A stretch of DNA of 64,000 nucleotides, taken from contig CM120640.1 in the NCBI GenBank assembly GCA_051362555.1, forward strand, positions 37,343,967-37,407,966. Direction: 5' to 3'. Positions 1 through 11,700 of this stretch are shown here, piece after piece (positions within the stretch are counted from its first letter, which is position 1; every line of letters begins with the position of its first letter). The DNA comes from Lingula anatina (Eukaryota > Animalia > Brachiopoda). The notes below the pieces were generated by a model. It was not told the origin of the DNA, did no database searches, and saw only the letters and a list, made by a program, of their open reading frames with translations. Position numbers and translations under genes: made by a program.

Positions 1-71
1 CATGAAAGGACTGGCTCCATGCATTCTGGGTAGTGCATACATCACTAACTGACCTGATGACTTCTACTGAC

Positions 72-136
72 CTGATGATCAAATGGAAACTCATTCAATT
101 CCAGATTTTCCTTCAAAGTAACAGTCATACGCATAC
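72..136 (-). CDS. Cys-less pLGIC subunit, exon 4 (SMRMTVTLKENLELNEFPFDHQ); gene continues beyond the window start
   Basis: Acceptor tttacattacag, phase-1 entry matching exon 3, donor cag|gtcagt. Contains the invariant FPFDxQ Pro-loop motif without the preceding Cys. Confidence 0.9.
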
Positions 137-373
137 CTGTAATGTAAAGAAAATATATATATTTTTATAATACCAAGGTATAAATGTAGTTCTCATTTCA
201 CACAATTCAGTAAATTTTTATCAACAATGTGTGCTTAGTATCTCCATATATTACACCAATATTGCTTAAAACTGGTTGTGCTTAACTTTTCTGCTGTATT
301 ACTTATTACAAATGTTAAAAGAAATATCACATAATGAATCCAATTAAAGTACTGAATGAACTCATTTACTTAC

Positions 374-500
374 TAAATCTGACCTCTGGTATGTCATCTG
401 GTTCTTCATATACCAAGAAGTGTTTTATTGTCTTCTTCAGTACAGCAACCTCATTCAGTAAAGTTATCCTTGGGTCCCAGGCTTGTGACCAGTCCACCTC
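374..500 (-). CDS. Cys-less pLGIC subunit, exon 3 (EVDWSQAWDPRITLLNEVAV...PEVRF)
   Basis: Acceptor ttacttcag and donor ttta|gtaagt (phase 1); contains the loop-A motif W-x-P-x-I-x-x-x-N. Confidence 0.88.
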
Positions 501-1075
501 CTGAAGTAACATTAAAGGGATTAAAACTCTTTACATGAGATTCAAATTCTACAATTAATACATTGTAAACAACACAAGGAAATGTAAAAAAAAATTGCAT
601 GGCAGTTAAATGTTCATCCCAGTATGGGCAGATGTTGGACCTTCATTGATTGTTACCCTCTATAATTATCTCTTAAGAGATTATTACTAAAACCAAACTC
701 TTAAAAAAATCAATTTACTTTGAATGTCCAAAAACCAGGATTTATTAACCATTGGTAAGTATGGGGAAAATTGTCCTTTATGCCAGGAAAATTTGTCTTA
801 TGGCACTCACCCCGCAAAAATGAAGAATTGTCATCCCTATAAGCTATTAATACAATATTTTCAATATTATATCAAAACTTGGGAAAACTGCCACAGTGAA
901 CTGGCTTCTGCTCCATACTTAGCCTGCTGTACTTACTTCAGGTAAATGTGAAACAGAAATTAGGTACCACACCAGGGCAATCTTCAAAAACTTTTTGCAA
1001 TTAAAAAAGGCAATATCACTAACATTACATCTTACTACAAATAATTACACATTAACATTAACATTGCTATGTTAC

Positions 1076-1204
1076 CTCCTGCTTCTTTCCTTTTAGTGTA
1101 GGTTCTTTCCATATTGCTCTCAAGTATATGTCCACTGTAAATTCCTGTTTCACATTGTCTATGTCACCCACGGCAATGATGATGACCCTGATGCCTACTT
1201 TTAC
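1076..1204 (-). CDS. Cys-less pLGIC subunit, exon 2 (VKVGIRVIIIAVGDIDNVKQEFTVDIYLRAIWKEPTLKGKKQE)
   Basis: Acceptor ttttatattcag and donor gag|gtaac; 129 nt open. Matches the pLGIC extracellular beta1-beta2 pattern V.V...I..I.dID...qeFt.d.Y....W.eP.L. Confidence 0.9.
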
Positions 1205-1907
1205 CTGAATATAAAAAGCACACATAATTTTGTTAACATTGGAATTATTACACAGCTAATTCCTTGCTCTTTTTGTCCCACCCCATAAATTCCATCAGAT
1301 ACAGTACATCATACATATTTAACAACATAAAAATCAAATGAAGTGTGCTTAATAGTGCGTGTGTGTGCATGTGTGTGTGTATGTGTGAAATAAAGGTAAA
1401 ACAAAAAACTTAACTCTTTTGCAGTAATTTTCCCCCACCCTATAACTTTTATGTCAAAATTAAGTTATGTGGCGACTTTTCATCAATGTCTCTGCTATTC
1501 AAATGGATTAGTTTACTTACTAATTTTTGTGTATTTATTAAACATTCAAGCTCTTTGACCAATAGCATTACGGCAAATGGCCTCAGCTCTCATAATATCT
1601 GGATGGCATAAAGTTTCATATTTGAAAATTGTTAAATTAGTAAATTAATTGCCCTACCAATCTATTTGAAAAGGGGAGACATTGTGATAAGTCATCACAC
1701 AAATTAATTTAGAAAAGAGATAAAAATGAAAGAGTGGTGGTGGTGGAGAATTTTTTAAGTTTTACTTGATAGTTAGGACGTAGTTCCATGCGTTGTGGTT
1801 TTTTAAATAGTACAAAAGGAATGAAACTTCGGGCTACTAAATACGAATACTATGGCACTAAGCATGGATTGAAGGCCTACAGTGCATGTACATGTAACGG
1901 TACGTAC

Positions 1908-2051
1908 CTTTTCACCACCAACATCTTCTCGCGAAAAATGGAATACTTCTTCCTGAGGTGTAGATTTGGTGTTACTTTGAATATCTTCTAGTAACTTTTC
2001 TATCCTTTCTAAGCGACCACAAACTTCATCTATGCGCTCTGTTTGATCCAT
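1908..2051 (-). CDS. Cys-less (Pro-loop) pentameric ligand-gated ion channel subunit, coding exon 1 (MDQTERIDEV...DVGGEK, 48 aa)
   Basis: ATG at 2051 with an in-frame upstream TAG; donor AAG|gtacgt at 1908/1907, phase 0; splices in frame to exon 2. Confidence 0.75.
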
Positions 2052-2093
2052 AACGCCATTTACCTACTCAAATAAGATGCGAGTGTTTGTTTC

Positions 2094-2143
2094 TATGCGC
2101 CATGTTTGGTATCGGAAGTAAGAAAGCTGGTAATGCGCATGCT
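2094..2143. promoter_or_regulatory. Putative promoter of the pLGIC gene with NRF1-like and ETS-like motifs
   Basis: atgcgccatg, cggaagt (ETS core) and tgcgcatgc (NRF1-like) cluster 45-90 bp upstream of the ATG, where CpGs reappear. Confidence 0.35.
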
Positions 2144-2885
2144 CTGTAAAATTAAGGGCATTCTCTTCTTTCTGAACACTGGGGTCGCTAGTAGTCTGTC
2201 ACAAAATTATTGTATCGGCCTCTTCTTCAATTTTGCAACCCTCTTTGATTTCAGAGATTAGTTTTGGAGAGTTATATTGATTTGATACACACTGTATTAG
2301 TCTGGATATACTCTTTTGAGGTGTCTGTCTGTCTGTCGCCGTCAACATATAGGCTACAATTAAGTAATTAGGCCCTATTTGTTTTACTTTGAGTGGCTTT
2401 GTATTTTAATACAGTCAGGTTCCTCTTGAAAACCAGCATGTTTGGAATACTTCTTACAAGCTATATTGATATACAGGTATATTCATTACAATATTTTAAT
2501 ATAACTTCAAATTTGTACAATGGTTTAAAACTTTTGTTTAGGAAAAAAGCAGGTTCCTTTCGAAAGTCAGCAAGATCAGAATATTTTTAATTTTTTTCTT
2601 TTTTAGTCTAGAAATTATTACAAATTTTTTTGGTTGTTGGTGTTTGTATATCTTATTTGCCAGCTTCGCTCTCAAGTTCTCTTGATCTTTATCATTTCCC
2701 CTTGTTTGATTATTATCCTATGTGTGTGTGCGTGTGTGGTGGTGGTGGTTAAAAAAATACACATTTCATTTTTGTATACTTTGATAAATGTTTTTATCGA
2801 AAGATTTGATGAAATTCGACATTTTTAGAGTAGGCCTAAGGAAAACTGGTACAGTAGGCTGGTTAATTTTAGCGTTTAAGGGAGT

Positions 2886-3087
2886 ATTCCCAGACATTTA
2901 GATCGATCTATCAACGTGGGGAGTCTCACTAGCTTACTGTCAGATAATCCGGCTTAAATGTCCGTCCCGCCTACTACAAGCTGTAAGGGGGTAATAAACT
3001 TTCGTGCCCGCTCGGCTGACAGCTATTTAGCTTGAACCCCCAGGGAGTAAGATCGATCTAGTTTGGATCGATCTAATCTCTGGGAAT
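2886..3087. mobile_element. MITE-like element with imperfect ~25-bp terminal inverted repeats
   Basis: attcccagacatttagatcgatcta (2886-2910) versus tggatcgatctaatctctgggaat (3064-3087); internal ctgtcag/ctgacag inverted pair; repeated palindrome agatcgatct. Confidence 0.5.
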
Positions 3088-3374
3088 GGGTTCTAAGACC
3101 CTATATACCGGTACATGGGGCTTTAGGTTTAGTTACAACCATTGCTAAAAGATCGCGCAGCAATCGTCTTCACCTGTTGTTCGATTCAAAAGGCTTTAAG
3201 AAGCACGGGCAGTTATTTTGGGTTAGAGTTCCACATAAATATATACTCAACATTAGATTTGAAAATGTGTGTGAATGGTGACGGAAATCCAGAGCTTTAT
3301 TCGGTCATGACAGATGGGAAAGACCGCGTCACGTTACCCGGTGACAACTAGTACTCCCTTTACTTAGGACCTCT

Positions 3375-3445
3375 CCCCCCCCCCCCCAAACAAACAAACA
3401 AACAAACAAACAAAAAAAACAAAAAAAAAAAATAAATAAAAAAAA
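3375..3445 (+). repeat. Compound poly(C)-(AAAC)n-poly(A) low-complexity tract
   Basis: Seen directly. Confidence 0.85.
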
Positions 3446-5348
3446 GTATGATCAGCAAAATGAGGCAAAACCTAACTCTTTTTTCCACTTCTGTGCCCTA
3501 CATATAACAGAAAATAGTCTACAGTTTAATATTTGCCTCACTTCGCTGGTAGAAATCTATTTACCCTGGCGTTCCCTTCATGCACGCTACATGTAAGTAA
3601 AATCCTTGATCTGTCAATGTATTACGCATCATAGGGAAAAAAATACCAACATGTGACCAAGGGGCTCTTATGCTCACATAGTCCCTAAGATACATGTACG
3701 GCTCGTAAGAAAATGTGTAAAAAGTAGTAAAGAAGTGCTAATATCTATTATTTCGGAGTTCCCCAGAGTGATTTCCTCGGAAAGCGTCCCACAGAGCGAG
3801 TCCCTATGAAAGTCCGTTTACGTTGTTTACGTGGGTTTTAAAAAATGTTTTTTGCCTGGGGCCTCTCAGACCGTCTTGTCAGATGGTCATGAAAGAACGT
3901 TGCAGACCGTAGTCTTTTTCATGTTTTCATTACTGAGCTATTCTCTTTTTTTTTCTCTAAAATCAAACCCCAACTCTAAGACAACATTTTCATATCTCGT
4001 CATTTGAAAAAAGAGTAATTCAACTTACTGAACATTAAACATTTTGGTTTCTACTTCATCCAAAAAATTGATATAAAGATTATTAGTACAATATTTAGTA
4101 GAAATAGCTTAACCGGCATTTATCAGTTGAGCGTGCGGTGTACGATGGCTTGGACGCTTGATGAAGCAAGTAGTCAGCAGTCTCATTCTGCTCTTTTGCA
4201 GTACGGTCAAGTCACGGAATGCTCGAGTCATGCCACTCACGGTTTATTAAGATCGGTCTCCGTTGAACGAGCCATGTAAGCTATCTATTTTTTTATATCG
4301 AAGCAAAGCTGCGTTTCTCATTACAATTTGGACATAGATTCGGCGAAGATGTAAACTGCAAAGGAGGTCTAGAAAGTAATACTATTTGATATTTACTGGG
4401 GTTGCGGAATAAAATACATGTAAAAATGACGTTCTGCATCCATGAACTACATGTTATTCTACGGCCTGTACATAGTCTTTAAGTATACGATTAATAAAAT
4501 GAAAGCACCTAGTGGCCCCTAACTTTCGATTAAGAGGTGTCCTCAAATTGCCCCTTTTTCGTCGAGCCGGCCAGCAGCACTATCAATCTTATCCTTTTAT
4601 TTGTAATTGAAAATTGTGGTTTTGCTCTGAATGGCCTGACCTCTAAAATGTGTCAACCACATATAGAAAAATCGAAAGTGCAGCGGACCAAATTGTTATC
4701 ACGGTTAAACAGCTGATACATTTTCATAGTTCATTACAGATAAGATTTATTGTAAAATGATTTAAGAAAAATATGCTTTCCGATATATTTCCAATGGGGC
4801 ACGAAACCCTCACTGAATTTTCACATATACAAGCAAACACATAGATGGACCTCCGTATTTCACAGAAAACAGTTTGAAGGCAATGGATTCGAAACAAAGA
4901 CAAACGACATTGAAATTTATGGATATTTGAGAGAAATACTTGCATCTTTCCACTATAATGCATCAAAACGAAGTGTTTCATTTGAGTCTACTACTTGGCC
5001 ATATCACAAATATACAAAGGAACAATTTGATGTTACGTCCTTTCAACGGAATGCATTATTTTAGTGTATCGAGTGACTTTTCAATGAATTGAATTTCTTT
5101 GAACTCAATGCCGAAATTTTTATACATTTTCAGTAAAGAGAAATTAAAAAGAAGATCCTTGATGAGTGAGAGGTTATCAGATAAGGACATAAATCATATA
5201 CATTTTAGATTGCTTAATGAAGTGCTACACATGTATCATCAGACTCTCCATTCATTTCAAGATAAGGACATGCTTGAAAATATTCAAGAAACCATCCACT
5301 AAAAGCTAAAGCCAAATATATATACTCGATAACCAAGGTTAGCTTCAC

Positions 5349-5392
5349 AACACACACGCACGCACGAACGCACGCACGCACGCACGCACACA
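5349..5392 (+). repeat. (CA)n/(GCAC)n microsatellite
   Basis: Seen directly. Confidence 0.85.
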
Positions 5393-5540
5393 ATATGTTA
5401 AAGGAGTATTAAACGAATCAAAACATTTCAGCCTAATAAAAACGTTTTCAAGGACACAAGGGTTACCGAACCATGTATCCGTTCGTTCAAGCATCCATTG
5501 CGACTGAAATCAAAACGAAATAGGACATTTCATCTATACC

Positions 5541-5705
5541 GGTGTTAAAAGGAATGCAAGTCCTAGGAATGGAAGTCCAGGCTCCCGTGTGATTAGTATT
5601 AGGGTTAGTTGGAGTATTGGAGTTAGAATATGGGACGAATGTCACCTGTACAAAGTAATGGGAAGCGGACTACGGTTCCCAGCGGACTTGCATTCCTGTT
5701 ACACC
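5541..5705. mobile_element. Small MITE-like element with TIRs and an internal TTAGGG-like motif
   Basis: ggtgttaaaaggaatgcaagtcc (5541-5563) versus ggacttgcattcctgttacacc (5684-5705); attagggttag in the centre. Confidence 0.6.
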
Positions 5706-8700
5706 AATGGCCTCTTCATTAGTCAGATTAGTCTAGGTCCATGCAGTCCTTGCCTACATGTACATAGAACTGGTGAATTCTGCAGCATCTGTGAAAGAAT
5801 CGATAGACTACTCATGGAACAGGGTAGTGCTGTTTCATTTAGTTCAGGGCGGAAATTCCAATGAGCAGTTAAGTATTATATGATTGATAACGCGACGTGA
5901 TTCCATATTCAGCCCGCGTGATTATAAAGACAGATTGACGGCCATTTCTGATCGCATTACACACCTGTATACTTTTTAATGCCAACATGAAAGAAACATC
6001 GGCGATGGGAAGCGCTCCCCACCTGGTGGAAGGGGGTCATTTACATGTTGTTTTGTGCGAAAAACCGGTATCACGTTGTAACTTAACGCGCGCACCGGAC
6101 ATGCACCCCGACAAATGAACTAGTCTTCCTGCTACTTGCTGAAATTATGCATGTGCATGTGTCATGCGTTCATATTTGCACCGACTTTGCGTCTACACTT
6201 GATATCTGAATTAAATACAGCTCTATGATAAACGACCTTACATATGCTGGCGATTCAATTTAGTTGGTAATACTCGTGTTATGATTCCTCTCGTCACCCT
6301 GCATTTCTGGGGTCAGAGGGCTGGTTACAACATTTTTGAGGGACAAGCTTGATGGCATTTTTTTAAAAAAATAAACATTATAATTAAGACGATAACGTCA
6401 AGTTAATCTTGATTTCTGTCTTATATATAACTAAAGAAATGTCAGATGCCCGTCTTTATCGTTCACTATCGCAGTGCCTCATGTGTTGAGTCACTTTCTG
6501 TAACATTAACGCAGATTTTGGTTCCACCCAATTCCTTGTTAGATGAGCCATTTCCGATAGGAAAACCGATTTCTTCTGAATATTTTATTGCAGGATCGTC
6601 TATCTCCGTGCAGTTTTGATGCAGCAATAAAAAACCGCGTGTTCATAAAAATTGTGATGGTTCGGTCACGTGACACCTTGGAATGAAGATTTGCGGGGAA
6701 CATAATCGGGTGAGCCAGTGTTTGCATACGGGTCGTGGCTACACATTAGGAAAACTTAGCTACTGCGGCTGAATCAAGAAACGTTAAATAACAAGATGAG
6801 CGGCCTCATTAAATGCGCCATTATCCGTTGTTTACAAACTTCGGACAGCGTGAAGTAAAAAGGCATTGACTTATCAAGTTGGGACCCTTTTTCTCTTGAG
6901 CAGAGAAAAGAGCAGGTGGAAATTTTTCGAAAATCTAAGAACATATAAGTATGCCGAAACGACATATTTGTAGGCAATTTACAGCGAAGGGATAATCTCA
7001 AATTATCCATCGATGTTGCAGGCAGGATTCAGAAAACATCAATAAAACTTGGCAAAGTAAGCTAAAAAACAATCGACGATCAACATTTCAACGGAAATAC
7101 TTTATTACACTGAATCGACTGACAAGGACAGAGACGGTGAGTAGAAATTGTTCAACAGTATTATATCGAGTAGAAAAATTCTTGTGCTGCTAATGATTTT
7201 CTCATGACGATATTAGGTGCTAATTGCTGCCAATGAAAAATCCAGCTTGAGATTTATAGTGTTATAAGGATGCATAAATGTTGTAGAATGGCTGGTCTAT
7301 CTTCCATATCTTACCACAGGGAGCCATGTAAACGGTGGATGGCTTATACGTGTGAGATGGTAATTGTTTATAATCTGCAAGATAATGAATTGTAACGTTC
7401 AGCATACACTTCCTGATGGCTGGTATGTTTTAGAGTAAACGTATCGAGGTTGATACACGTTCTCCAATTATCACTCATCATAAAAAACGGTATTTTTGCC
7501 AGACATCATGGGGTTTTGCCTGCCTTCCTGCGGATACATAGATTAGGAACATTATAACTTATGTGCAGTTACGCGAATGTTACTATATAATGCTAGAAGC
7601 CGATAATATTCAAAGTCAGAGTAGTTTAAGCAACGAAGATGAATGCCGCTGTCCCTATAAGCCGCCAGAGTACAAGGGGATACGCGATTTAATATAAAAC
7701 CGTTTAGTGTGCATTGCGTCCCGCTTTTACCGAATTCTCCATGCTGAACAAACTGGTGTGCGTTAACTTTTTAATCTACTCTGTACTGTATATACTTTTG
7801 CTGTAGTTGTTTGGACCACGGTCAGAAATTTCGTAAAGACGACCAATATATTCACACGACGGTCTTTTCTTCTCCAGACATCCCTTCCGTGATTGCGACA
7901 TATATTTTAATGTGCATTCAGCAATTAGTGGTATTTTTTTTTTTTTTGCACCAAGAGGGGTAAAGCGCTTCACCTGGGCTGAATCTACGAAGTAAATGGC
8001 AGATTGAATTAAATGTACAGAAACGAGTGATCGGCTGTGCTAGATAAGGACATGAGAACATTTAGTATTAGCTACTGGGTGAACATCGGTACCAATCTTA
8101 TTTCATTTCGTTTAACGTGGTCTTCACAGTCTTTAGACGAAAGCCATGGGTATAGTTGAGACAGGAATAAGTTTCATAACAAGACGGCCTGGACTGGCTC
8201 TGGTCAGTTTAAAGAGATTTATGTGTATAAAAAGTCTGACAGTTATCATGTAGACGGTGTAGAACAGAGCTTGCCTGACTATCTGTTTACACGCCGTGCC
8301 GCATTTCGCCCGCTTCGCCCTGTAAACAGTTTTCTCTGTGGGTGTATGTTAACATATTTGCACCAGGAATGGATCTCTGACAGTTCAAAATTGATCGCTG
8401 ACCATCAAAATTCTCCACGATTTCATAAATCACCGATTATTAAACTCAAAAGCAACCTGGCTATCTTAGATGTGGAACGCAATGAATTGGTAGGCGGCCG
8501 TTTTTTAATTGAATGTTGTAGCGCACGCATTTGTTCTCGGGCCACATCGCTAAACTTGAACACCGTGGGCACATACGAATGGCATCATTTACTAACACCT
8601 TCTCCGTTACATAAAAAAGAATCTGTCTGATTTTAACTTAATTACAGCAGGTGCAGTTTTCTCTCTTAAAATAAGGTCTCCTCTTTCTAAGAGACCTACT

Positions 8701-11700
8701 TACATACGGCCGCAGTAGAAATATTCAGGTTATAATTAGAAGGCTATCATAGTTTCTTCAATAGTCTTTTAATTGTTTTTTATTGTCAAGTCGGTATTAG
8801 TGTTGAAAGGGGTGGGTTTGAGTTTTCTGGCTATTATGGGGGGTTAATTCGTAGTAATGCTATAAAACTGAACGTGCAAGGAAAACCTGAGAGGACTAGT
8901 GCCTTTGACAAGAGAGACATAATATCATGCTTTGCTTAATCAGCAGCCCCCACTAGGAACACCATTAGCAAATGAGCGCGACCTCCTCATGTCTTACCTG
9001 TACATTCAACACGTTCTGACATAGCTGTTATGTGAAGTAGATCCGCTATTTTCGTACCTGTTAACGAATATAGAGCATCATAATCTACAGTGTTCTCATC
9101 AAAATAAATAAATAAATAAATAAAGAGTATAAGTTGGTGTGCAGGAAACAAGTTCTCAAACCCGACCCACATAGAATGTCGCCAGCTCATTTTTCCTAAA
9201 ACAATTTTCTAATATATTTCCCTAAAATAATGATCGTTTCCCTTGGTTTTCATGGGATATAGTTTTTGAACTAGAGGCAATAGGAATACAGTCAATATCT
9301 ATGCATTTAGAAATAATATAGGGCCTACTGTATACTAGCTGATGGTAACTATGTACGAGGTTAATATCCCAACAGGCATTATGGCGTAAAAACCTTACAA
9401 TTGTTGTGGATACAGTAGCCTGTATATAATCTCAGGGAAAACCCGGCGCGACCAATAATTTGTAATAAAGCTGTCTTTCTTCCACGATAGATGAGGGTAG
9501 CATGCCCAGTAAAAGCAGCCTGATGCATAAAACAGTCACCGACCCGCACTTATCTTTTCGAGTTCGTTTTTATGTCGCAATTAAAGACTCGAGACTTAAA
9601 GGCGTGGAGCTAGCCCAGATCTAAGGTTACTTGTTCAATGTCGCCTTTATGGTCAAGGTTTATTAAGACGAAGTTTGTGTTCTGGTCGTTATGCACGTTT
9701 TACAAACTGATTGTCAATGATAAATAAATAAATAAATAAATAAAAAATGAGCATACATGCATGGTGGACTGATGTGAATGAATAAAACATTGTAAGATAT
9801 AGGTTAATACGATAGTTTATATATATATTAGACATGTACACAATGCAATAATCTAGAGAGAGCACACGCTGCAGTAAAACTTTCGTCCTTAAGTTTAATC
9901 TCTTGTCTCTGGTCTCCCCGTCTTTTAGTGTCGGAGTGACTATTTATGCTGAACTTTTGGGTCAGGTCACCATCTTTGATATTCGATCCGTATAGGATAC
10001 TTAGCTGTAATCATAACTTATACTGGGCTCATGGTCATACACTATAAAATGTGCACGTTAATAAGATAATATTTTCATTTGGAATTAAGAAATAAGAAAC
10101 ACTCGTCTGTTATTATTACACAGCTAGATGGTCACCTTAAAATTTTTAGATGGAGTAGCATTGCCAGACATTGGATTTCTATGTAATTTCGACTTGCTTT
10201 GCCGGTGGAAAGATGAAAGAAGAGGCCTCATCACTTCGAATTCCCTATGTAATTTTCTGAGACAACGATGACATTTAGACGCGGAACTAAATTCAGCCTT
10301 ACATCATTTTAATGATAAACCAAGGACAAGGAAGCGATACATTTATTGCCTGTTTGCCTGATTTCTCTCCAACGGTCTTAGTTGATGTTATTTATAAACA
10401 GAGCTGAACAGGGAAATGTAACACCGTAATTTCGAAGATTTTTGGTAGTCAAATTGTTTTGCGAAAGTGTGCCGCAGAAATGAGAGAGAGAAAGAGAGAG
10501 GGGAGGGGTAGGCGCACATTAATGAGAACAATGCAGTAGTAATTGCAAATGCTTGATCACCTTTCTATGTACAGACATTACATGTCTTGCACATGCACTC
10601 TCTCTTCGCAGACGTCTATCTACAGTTGATTTTTTTTCGCAAATAATAAATAACAAAAGAACACTGCTTTCACCGCGTGTCTGATGCACCTGCATATTAA
10701 TACAAAGCCCGTGACAAATTTTTTGTCTTACCCCTAAGCCCTCAATATCTCGTGCTGTACTAATTTGGGATAGAGGGCGCTTTGTTTCAATCTGAACTGA
10801 ATTGCAAGTATAAATCATAGCCTGTGGTCAGCTGGGGTTGTCTGCCAAACAATTTGTTACATATTGACATAAATACCCACAGGAAATGTATTAATTATAT
10901 TCCGGTCTGTTTGATTAGGCTGACATACTTGGTAAGAGCCATTTCAACAGATTAAAAACTCCAGCTACATGTACTTTCAGACGGATCAATGAGAGACTCC
11001 TGCATTGTTCAACTTGTTCCACCAAGTTACGTATTTTAAATCTTCTAAGCCAGAAATGTGTGTGATGTAGACGACTTTTTGTAATACAGGGGTATTTTCT
11101 AACATAAAAGCTACGACTGAAAGTACCTCCAAAATATGGTCAAAGACACAAAAATAAGATTTGTTTTTTCATCCCTATTTGAGACGGATTGTTTCTAAAA
11201 CTTGGTTAAACTTATTTAGACTGGTTTGAATTTTGTATTGATTGAAAAATATATTTGGCCTGCCACATTATGAGTTCAGTGCGCATGTTTTAGACAGCCC
11301 ATAAGGATTTCATTTATAGCGAAATTTACGATGCAGTTCTACTTCAGCGACAGTCCTGAAAACTGTTGCTTTTAACATGGCTATGTCAATATTTATTAGT
11401 CAAACACTCATCTGCAATGCATGTTCAAGTATTACCTGCCCATTTTCATAAATTCGAATATTGGCTCTTACTTTAACATAGGCAATTTCAGTCTAATACG
11501 ATCCGGGATAAATATGTGGTAGTTCCCTAAAACAAATTAAATATACGACAAATTAACTAATTAATCAATTAACTAATCAGCATTAATCGTTTTTGGTCTT
11601 ATTGTTAAAAATCAGAAATCAGACTATTTGCTTGAAACTTAATGAGCAAAGAATATACTAATGTACACCAACATTGTTTTCCTTGTCACAGTTTGTGAAG

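Noticed and set aside
8223-8630. 135-aa ORF (also the 139-aa ORF at 19113 and the 150-aa ORF at 49638)
   Set aside because: Non-ATG starts, no recognisable domain or consistent splice context. The 19113 ORF is the antisense shadow of the LRR fossil.
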